A DNA stretch of 62,077 bases from an uncultured Candidatus Saccharibacteria bacterium (GTDB lineage: Bacteria; Patescibacteriota; Saccharimonadia; Saccharimonadales; UBA4665): positions 1 to 62,077 of the forward strand of contig CAZGPZ010000001.1 of assembly GCA_964527385.1 (NCBI GenBank), written 5' to 3'. Under the pieces are notes generated by a model. The model searched no databases. It worked only from the letters and a program-made list of their open reading frames with translations, and was not told where the DNA came from. Position numbers and translations under genes: made by a program. Below, piece by piece: positions 55,668 through 62,077 of the stretch; position 1 is the first letter of the stretch, and every line of letters begins with the position of its first letter.

Positions 55668-58072
55668 AGCATAAGTTGGTTTGGATTCTACTCATGGCGA
55701 CAATCCCTGCATTCACATTTATTAAAGTTGCTCCACAAGCATCAGCGACAAGCACCAACTATAACAATTTGATTGATGACGCCCTCTTCGACGACACCCG
55801 TACTATGACAGCAAGCCAGATCGATGCGTTTTTAAATGGCTTCTCCAGCAGCTGTATTAGTAGCAATAGTGGCTTCCGGGTCGTCGATCCGACCGGCTAC
55901 AACCCTAGTCAGGGTTTTCTGTACGGCAGCAATGTCACCGCCGGTAAAGCGATTTATGATGCAGCTCAAGCCTATGAGCTCAACCCCCAGGTCCTACTGG
56001 CTACTTTACAAAAGGAACAAAGCCTTGTCACTGGCGGAAGTAGCTGCGGCACGCTCGCCTATGCCGGAGCTATGGGCTACGGCTGTCCTGATGGTGGTAC
56101 AACCCACACATACACTGGCGTTAATCTCTACACCTTGAATGGTCATACTGTAACTTCAGTGAGTGGTACTTGCGTAAGCAGCAAAGCACAGGTTGGATTC
56201 TCACAGCAACTTATTCACGCTGCCTGGTTGCTTAAATTTGATCGCATGCGCGCTGAAGGAAACGTAACGTGGGCGATTATAAAAACAAATTGGGATAACA
56301 GTGATGATCTTGATACCTATTATTCTGGGTATATGACACAGGGTACCTTCCAACGCTGTTCAAGCTGTTCGGCAACTTTCTTTGATGGACTCGCCGTAAT
56401 TGATGGTACGTCAGTGCATATAGACGATGGAGCCACCGCTTCATTGTATGTATATACACCACATAAGTCTGGTAACGATCATTTCGACACCATCTTTATT
56501 TCGTGGTTTGGATCTGTCCGTGCAACACCATTCATTCGTATAAGCGGCACAACAGCCGTTTACATACTAGGTGCAAGTAACACCTATTATTGGGTTCAAT
56601 CCGGCACGGAATTAAGAACCTATGGTTACGGTACAGTTTTCCTGACAATTGATACTGTTGGTAGTTCATACTTAAGCGGTCTTACCAACGGCGGCACATT
56701 GCCATTAATTGCACAATTTGACGGTGACGCAACAACATATCTTGTAGACAACAGCAGCACACACAAATTTGCTAATCCAACAATGCTAGCAACATTTGGC
56801 TACGGTAGCACCCAACCAGCGATACTGCCTGCATGGGTATTTAATAGACTGCCACACTTTAGTGATATGCAGGCAGTAGTGAAACAGCTCTCTGCACCAG
56901 AAATCTACTATGTCTCTAGCGATAAAAAGTTACATATTGGCACTTCAGCTGCATACCATACCCTTGGATCGCCAGTCTACAGCTCACAGCCTTCGGTCAC
57001 ATTAAGCAATGCTTACGTGGCCAGTATTCCACTTGGTCCACCAATTTTAGTACCAGACACGATTACCCACACAAGCGATACAAACATATATGGGTATTGG
57101 AATGGTGTTCACCTACTGGGCATCAATACTAGCGTTGGCGAGACAGCCGGAATAGGACCAGACTATACAGCCACAAGCATAGCCTTAAACCAACTACCAG
57201 CCAGCACAGATCCTGCCATAAATAAACTTGCACAGGATTCAAGTGGCAAACACTACGTATTAGACACGAAGCAGAAGCTTGCTATTCCAGACGATCAACT
57301 CGCGAACCTTGGGCTAACATCAGGAGATTTTACATCAGCCGATGACGGCTATTTAGGTCGTTTTACGTCTATGACAATGTCTTCGGTGGTACGCCCTATT
57401 GATGGAACGGCCACGTACAACATACAAGATGGGAAACTATATCATATTTATAGCCTTTCTGATCTATTTGGTCTGGGGTTTAGCTACGCTGATATACTGC
57501 GTGTCAATAGTTCAACACTTGGTCTATTTACACCGACCAACTTGCAGCTGTTCGCACCCGGTAAATTACTCAGAATCGATAAAAATCCTGAGGTGTTTGT
57601 CGTTGGTAATGGCTTTATGAAATTGCCAATAAAATCTCGCGCTGTATTCGATTCTTTTAAGTTCCTCATGAGTGACGTCGTAAGCGTGCCGGCAGCCACC
57701 CTAAATGGATACACCACTACCTCAGATTTAGCCTTGATAAACAAAGATAGTTTAGGCGGTGTGTGGCTCGTTGACCAAGGAAATAAACACGATATTACGA
57801 CTAGCCTGCTTGGTTCATCCTACTACAACATTGATGCATCAACTCTCAATATATTACCCGATAGTATTCTGAATAGATTACCCTCGGGAAGCAGCTTGTC
57901 GGACGTGCTTCGTATAGGCAACCAAGCAACTGTGTACGAAATTGTAGATGGTCAGAAACGACCTTTTAGCTCCAGGATTGGTTTTGAGACAAGTGGTCAC
58001 AGTTGGTCGGATGTTTTGTCGGTATCGGCCTACTTTGCTAGCTCGTTTCCAACTGGAAGCCCAATTCCATAA
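55664..58072 (+). CDS. 802-aa secreted protein with N-terminal cell-wall-hydrolase-like region and about nine degenerate tandem repeats
   Basis: Signal peptide MKHKLVWILLMATIPAFTFIKVAPQASA. A repeated x-Y-x-V-x2-4-K-x2-I...G(Y/F/L)(G/S) unit runs from about residue 290 onward. Confidence 0.75.
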   Translation: MKHKLVWILLMATIPAFTFIKVAPQASATSTNYNNLIDDALFDDTRTMTASQIDAFLNGFSSSCISSNSGFRVVDPTGYNPSQGFLYGSNVTAGKAIYDAAQAYELNPQVLLATLQKEQSLVTGGSSCGTLAYAGAMGYGCPDGGTTHTYTGVNLYTLNGHTVTSVSGTCVSSKAQVGFSQQLIHAAWLLKFDRMRAEGNVTWAIIKTNWDNSDDLDTYYSGYMTQGTFQRCSSCSATFFDGLAVIDGTSVHIDDGATASLYVYTPHKSGNDHFDTIFISWFGSVRATPFIRISGTTAVYILGASNTYYWVQSGTELRTYGYGTVFLTIDTVGSSYLSGLTNGGTLPLIAQFDGDATTYLVDNSSTHKFANPTMLATFGYGSTQPAILPAWVFNRLPHFSDMQAVVKQLSAPEIYYVSSDKKLHIGTSAAYHTLGSPVYSSQPSVTLSNAYVASIPLGPPILVPDTITHTSDTNIYGYWNGVHLLGINTSVGETAGIGPDYTATSIALNQLPASTDPAINKLAQDSSGKHYVLDTKQKLAIPDDQLANLGLTSGDFTSADDGYLGRFTSMTMSSVVRPIDGTATYNIQDGKLYHIYSLSDLFGLGFSYADILRVNSSTLGLFTPTNLQLFAPGKLLRIDKNPEVFVVGNGFMKLPIKSRAVFDSFKFLMSDVVSVPAATLNGYTTTSDLALINKDSLGGVWLVDQGNKHDITTSLLGSSYYNIDASTLNILPDSILNRLPSGSSLSDVLRIGNQATVYEIVDGQKRPFSSRIGFETSGHSWSDVLSVSAYFASSFPTGSPIP

Positions 58073-58087
58073 ATAACTTGTTGGGAT

Positions 58088-59929
58088 TTACTCAGACGGT
58101 TTTAGGCGAACGACGTAGAAGTACCCTCCGCCGCTAACTAACAATCCATCGTGTTTGGCGGACTGGATTATTAACTGTGCTCGTGAATATGTGTCACGCG
58201 AAACCGGGGGCCAACTATACGAATCCCACCTCAGGTCAAATGTCGGTACAATAATTTCATCTACTAACTTCTTTTGCAAAACTGCTCTCATTTGTGCGCC
58301 ACTTTGTGGTAATGTCGCTGGGTTATCATCAGTGGTTAGTAAGCTATATATTGGTTGGGGCATATGCATATAGGCAATAGCTTGCGCTTTATCTCCCCCA
58401 ATATTGTACGTCCAGGCATTTACTGATGGGGTAAGGTAATCAGCCAAAAAATCATTATTACCGACGGCGTTAGGATAATAAATGATTCGCTGACCAGGTT
58501 TTACATACGTCGCTAATGGTTTAAGTACGGCGTTGTTGAATTGGGCGATTTCACTGGCAACATGTAAATGCGCCTTGATAGAATCGACAGGATTTGGTAT
58601 GAGCTCTAGGCATAGTAGTGCCAGAAGTATATATGCGATTTTTAATTTCTTACGATCAACTAAATTCTGAATGGCGAACGCCGCAAAGGATACCATGACG
58701 AGCATGGTTAAAACGTGCCATCTGTATGTAGCACGCATTGATTTCAAACCAGGAACAACCTTATAGAATACTGTTGTTGGTAGGGTCATAAGGGCATCTG
58801 AGCTCGGCATCAAATAAGAGGAATGGGCGACAGGTCCATCGACGCTAGTAGGTTTAATTGAGTTAACCTTTAGGGAAGGACCAAGTGATAGAATAAACGC
58901 GATTACACCAATAACGAGAAGCGCGACCCCCAATTGGGTTACTTTCTTGCGGAATATATACACACCGAAAGCGGATAGGCCGAGCATGAGGAAACCGATA
59001 TAGTTTGATGATGAGTTGCTGCCATCCCCCCAAAGTGGCGAACTATTAAAGTGGATTCCGAGCGCTTTTACCCACCATAAACTACCAGCGGGCCTGAAGA
59101 ACGTAACGAAATCTGCCCCCATTGCCCTGAAGAGGTCGATCGAGTCAGCCCATGAGCCTGACCCTGGCAATAGGTGCCTATACAACACAAAGGAGATTCC
59201 ATTTGCACCTAGGAATAGTCCGCACGCAATCCATACTTGCACCTCACGCCAGCGCCCCCATGACCAAACTCCAATTAAAACAATAGAACTAGTCGCAAAC
59301 ATAAAGAAGCTATAGCCATCCATGAACAGAGAGAAGCCGCTTAATACAATCCACAATATAGAAATAGGTATGACACCACGCCAGGACCTATATGAGAGTC
59401 CCTGTAGCATTTTCCAAACGAGAAAAATATACGAGGGTAGTAGTACGCATCCCCAATAAGTTCCACCGAAACTCTGCATACTCAGCGTAATGGGCAGTAA
59501 AAGATATAGTGCCGAACATGTTAGGGCAATATACCTAGAGACGCGCAGTGCATGAATAAGGTTATAGGCTCCGAGCAGAGCAATAAGCATAAGACCTGCA
59601 GTCACCATAAAGTATACCGCGTTAACACTGACGGGAAATACGACAAGAATGAGTGAGCATAGTAATGTGAGGGGCGAGCCGAGCGTTATAATAGCCCCTA
59701 CATCTCCACCAATTGCCATACAGCGAAGGTGTATGAGTGCCGACAATGAGTGCTCACCGCACTGTATCGCACCTAGATCACTGAACACGGATGGTATGTA
59801 CCCTGCCATACCTGGCAATAAGCCATTCACTGCTAAGATAAAGACCCAGATCGCACATAGAACACAAACAAACATAACCGTGCCTTTATCTAATCGCCGG
59901 ACTATTCTAGTAAAAGAAAGGCGTCTCAT
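58088..59929 (-). CDS. large polytopic membrane protein, GT-C-like glycosyltransferase/polymer assembly (inferred)
   Basis: The ORF extends to 60031. ATG 59929 is preferred because TATAAT lies 10 nt upstream. About 13 TMs plus a ~200-aa C-terminal soluble domain. Confidence 0.65.
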   Translation of the reverse strand: MRRLSFTRIVRRLDKGTVMFVCVLCAIWVFILAVNGLLPGMAGYIPSVFSDLGAIQCGEHSLSALIHLRCMAIGGDVGAIITLGSPLTLLCSLILVVFPVSVNAVYFMVTAGLMLIALLGAYNLIHALRVSRYIALTCSALYLLLPITLSMQSFGGTYWGCVLLPSYIFLVWKMLQGLSYRSWRGVIPISILWIVLSGFSLFMDGYSFFMFATSSIVLIGVWSWGRWREVQVWIACGLFLGANGISFVLYRHLLPGSGSWADSIDLFRAMGADFVTFFRPAGSLWWVKALGIHFNSSPLWGDGSNSSSNYIGFLMLGLSAFGVYIFRKKVTQLGVALLVIGVIAFILSLGPSLKVNSIKPTSVDGPVAHSSYLMPSSDALMTLPTTVFYKVVPGLKSMRATYRWHVLTMLVMVSFAAFAIQNLVDRKKLKIAYILLALLCLELIPNPVDSIKAHLHVASEIAQFNNAVLKPLATYVKPGQRIIYYPNAVGNNDFLADYLTPSVNAWTYNIGGDKAQAIAYMHMPQPIYSLLTTDDNPATLPQSGAQMRAVLQKKLVDEIIVPTFDLRWDSYSWPPVSRDTYSRAQLIIQSAKHDGLLVSGGGYFYVVRLKPSE

Positions 59930-60069
59930 ATGCCTCTGTATTATACAACTAGACGCCGACCGTGCTTCCAGCTCGCCCGCAAAAATGCTACTATTGAGGA
60001 AGTTCCTAGTAGGTGCTGTGGTATACATCACTTACGTTTTATTGACGACAAGTCTTACTAAGAAAAAGT

Positions 60070-62077
60070 ATGAGACAGACTACTAAGCAAGATATTACAC
60101 GCGTCAAAAAAGAAATCGGTTTTTATTGGACTGAGAATCCTGCTCGCCACTTATCGTTGAGCCCGCGTGCAATGAAGAGATTGAGTGTGCGCGTTATGCG
60201 CAAGGGTATTCATGAGGCACGAAAAATCAGGCAAGTAGCTGATTTCCTCGATGCCGTCAAGCACCGATCGAAACCCAAGCCAATGAGCTTTGAGGCAAAA
60301 GAATCCTTCTCTTTCAAGCAACACACTACATACGATGTCAGTATCGTCATCCCTGCGTATAACAAAAAGGATCTCACCCTCGCATGCCTGTCGAGCATCG
60401 GCGAGAATGTTAGCGATCAGATCAAATACGAAGTTATCGCAGTAGACAATGCATCATCAGATGGTACCGGCGAGGCGTTGAGTAAAATCAAAGGCCTCAA
60501 ATACATTCACAATGAGGAAAACCACGGATTTGTTGGCGGCTGCAATGATGGCGCCTCGCATGCTCGTGGCACATACATCGTTTTTCTAAACAATGATGCG
60601 TTCGTCGCGCCCGGTTGGCTCGAAGCCCTATATGACACCATTGTGTCCAACAAAACAATTGGCCTGGTTGGCTCGAAAATCGTTTACCCGAACGGCAAAC
60701 TACAGGAAGCCGGCGGTATTATTTACCGCGACGCAAGCGGCAATAACTTTGGTAAACACGATAAGGCTGACGCCTATCAATACAACTATGTGCGGGATGT
60801 TGATTATTGTTCTGGCGCCAGCATTATTATTCGTCGGAAGCTTTTCAAAAAGTTCGGGGGCTTTGATATCCTGTATTCACCGGCATATTACGAAGATACT
60901 GATCTTGCTTTTAAGGTCCGTCGCGAAAGCCTGCGTGTCGTCTACCAGCCAAAGTCACTCATCTACCACATCGAGGGCGCAACCGCAGGTACCAGCACAT
61001 CGAGCGGATTCAAGCGATACCAGGAAATTAATAAAGTTAAGTTTAAAAAACGCTGGCGAAAAGAGCTCCGCCAACAAGGGAAGCCGGGAGAGATATATCT
61101 ATCACGCGACCGCCGGTCTAAGAAACTTGCACTTATTATCGATGAAAATATCCCGCGCCCTGACGAAGATGCCGGCTCCGTACGTATGTTTCGTATCTTG
61201 GAGATACTTACCAAACTTGGTTATAAAGTAACTTTTTTCCCTTACAACACGACGTACTTTCAGAAATACGCTGAACCTCTTCAGCAGTTCGGTGTTGAGG
61301 TGGTTTACGGTGACGTACGAATTGGCGAGTTCCTGCGTACGAACGGTCACCAGTATGACCTCGTTATGTTGTCGCGTGCCCGGATCGCCTCATTCTTCAT
61401 GGACTACTGCCGGTTGTATTGCACAAGAGCACAGATCATTTACGACACGGTTGACTTACACTATCTGCGACTCGGTCGTCAGGCAACGTACGAACAGAAT
61501 GCGCGCAAGTTCATAGAACTGGCCAAAAAACACGAGATCATTGAAAAGGCATTGATGAAACGGGCTGATATAACTTGCGTGGTAAGTGATATCGAAAAGC
61601 AATTGCTGATGCATGACGGCATTCGTAATGTACAATTGCTATCCAATATCCATGAGATCGACGCATCTTCTTACAACATTACCTATAACTCACGCCAGGA
61701 CATCGTCTTTGTTGGCGGTTACGCGCATCCACCAAATGTCGATGGTATTCGTTGGTTCATTAACGATATATTCCCCCTTGTACGAAAACAATTGCCAAAG
61801 GTTAGTGTCTTGGTGATTGGCTCAAATATGCCTGCTGATTTACGAAATGAGCTTGAAGGCAAGCCAGGTGTTATCGTAAAAGGCTTCGTCGAAGACCTAA
61901 AGCCACTACTTGACCATGCACGCGTGTTTGTGGCACCGTTACGTTATGGCGCCGGGGTAAAGGGGAAGATTGGTCAAGCTATTGAACACGGTATTCCAGT
62001 GGTATCAACGACAATTGGCGCCGAGGGTATGAAGCTTGCTGATGGTGTGTCATGCCTGATCGGCGACGATACTGAGG
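60070..62077 (+). CDS. bifunctional glycosyltransferase (GT2 N-terminal + GT4 C-terminal), 3' end outside window
   Basis: Hand translation from ATG 60070 stays open to the window end. DVSIVIPAYNK, AVDNASSDGT, FLNNDAFV and YYEDTDLAF in the N-terminal part. VFVGGYAHPPNVDG and VAPLRYGAGVKGKIGQAIEHGIPVVST in the C-terminal part. Absent from the supplied ORF track because it has no stop. Confidence 0.8.
   Translation, partial: MRQTTKQDITRVKKEIGFYWTENPARHLSLSPRAMKRLSVRVMRKGIHEARKIRQVADFLDAVKHRSKPKPMSFEAKESFSFKQHTTYDVSIVIPAYNKKDLTLACLSSIGENVSDQIKYEVIAVDNASSDGTGEALSKIKGLKYIHNEENHGFVGGCNDGASHARGTYIVFLNNDAFVAPGWLEALYDTIVSNKTIGLVGSKIVYPNGKLQEAGGIIYRDASGNNFGKHDKADAYQYNYVRDVDYCSGASIIIRRKLFKKFGGFDILYSPAYYEDTDLAFKVRRESLRVVYQPKSLIYHIEGATAGTSTSSGFKRYQEINKVKFKKRWRKELRQQGKPGEIYLSRDRRSKKLALIIDENIPRPDEDAGSVRMFRILEILTKLGYKVTFFPYNTTYFQKYAEPLQQFGVEVVYGDVRIGEFLRTNGHQYDLVMLSRARIASFFMDYCRLYCTRAQIIYDTVDLHYLRLGRQATYEQNARKFIELAKKHEIIEKALMKRADITCVVSDIEKQLLMHDGIRNVQLLSNIHEIDASSYNITYNSRQDIVFVGGYAHPPNVDGIRWFINDIFPLVRKQLPKVSVLVIGSNMPADLRNELEGKPGVIVKGFVEDLKPLLDHARVFVAPLRYGAGVKGKIGQAIEHGIPVVSTTIGAEGMKLADGVSCLIGDDTE

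Noticed and set aside
1-62077. CRISPR arrays, IS elements or transposases, integrases, prophage genes, reverse transcriptases (DGR/retron) and rRNA.
   Set aside because: I found no regularly spaced direct repeats and no ORF with the corresponding catalytic motifs. The only dispersed repeats are the four palindromic elements reported.

Overview
This is a densely coding 62-kb bacterial chromosomal window with about 70 genes. It uses the standard code: TGA acts as a stop in several ATGA start/stop overlaps. I found no rRNA, tRNA, CRISPR array, transposase, integrase or phage genes.

The left ~44.5 kb is visibly GC-rich. It carries housekeeping and envelope genes:
- an ABC-2 exporter, a MurC-like ligase, tsaC, a MazG-like gene, two HhH-GPD glycosylases and several HAD phosphatases
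- a ROK kinase-HAD fusion, archaeal-type aspS with a YbaK-like editing protein, a CNNM/CBS transporter, DsbA and a Kef-type antiporter
- a first glycan cluster (GtrA, O-antigen-ligase-like protein, priming sugar transferase, GT4), then glmS and ugd
- two type II toxin-antitoxin pairs (Doc/AbrB-type and RelE/RHH-type)

From ~44.55 kb to the end the DNA is clearly more AT-rich. This part is a surface-glycan island:
- manC
- a seven-gene translationally coupled manB-rfbB-nudix-rfbC-rfbD-nudix-rfbA operon
- GT2 and GT4 transferases, a flippase-like protein, a large GT-C-like membrane protein and an 802-aa secreted repeat protein
- a GT2+GT4 fusion gene that runs off the window and is missing from the supplied ORF track

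Most interesting observations:
1. A cobalamin-riboswitch-like leader heads a three-gene operon: a DUF4430-like binder, a 6-TM protein and an unrecognisable 524-aa Cys-rich protein.
2. A 593-aa protein has a C-terminal part that is clearly NUDT9-type ADP-ribose pyrophosphatase, fused to a ~320-aa unknown N-terminal region.
3. A family of bipartite palindromic GTCATTCCC...GGGAATGAC elements occurs at four loci. Three of them bracket glmS and the RelE cassette.
4. At least 13 sites show a recurrent -10 box placed 6-8 nt before the ATG, which implies leaderless mRNAs.
5. A MutY-family glycosylase has no cysteines at all.

Gene content fits a reduced, Gram-positive-type, possibly CPR/Saccharibacteria-like genome. 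That lineage call is inference only.
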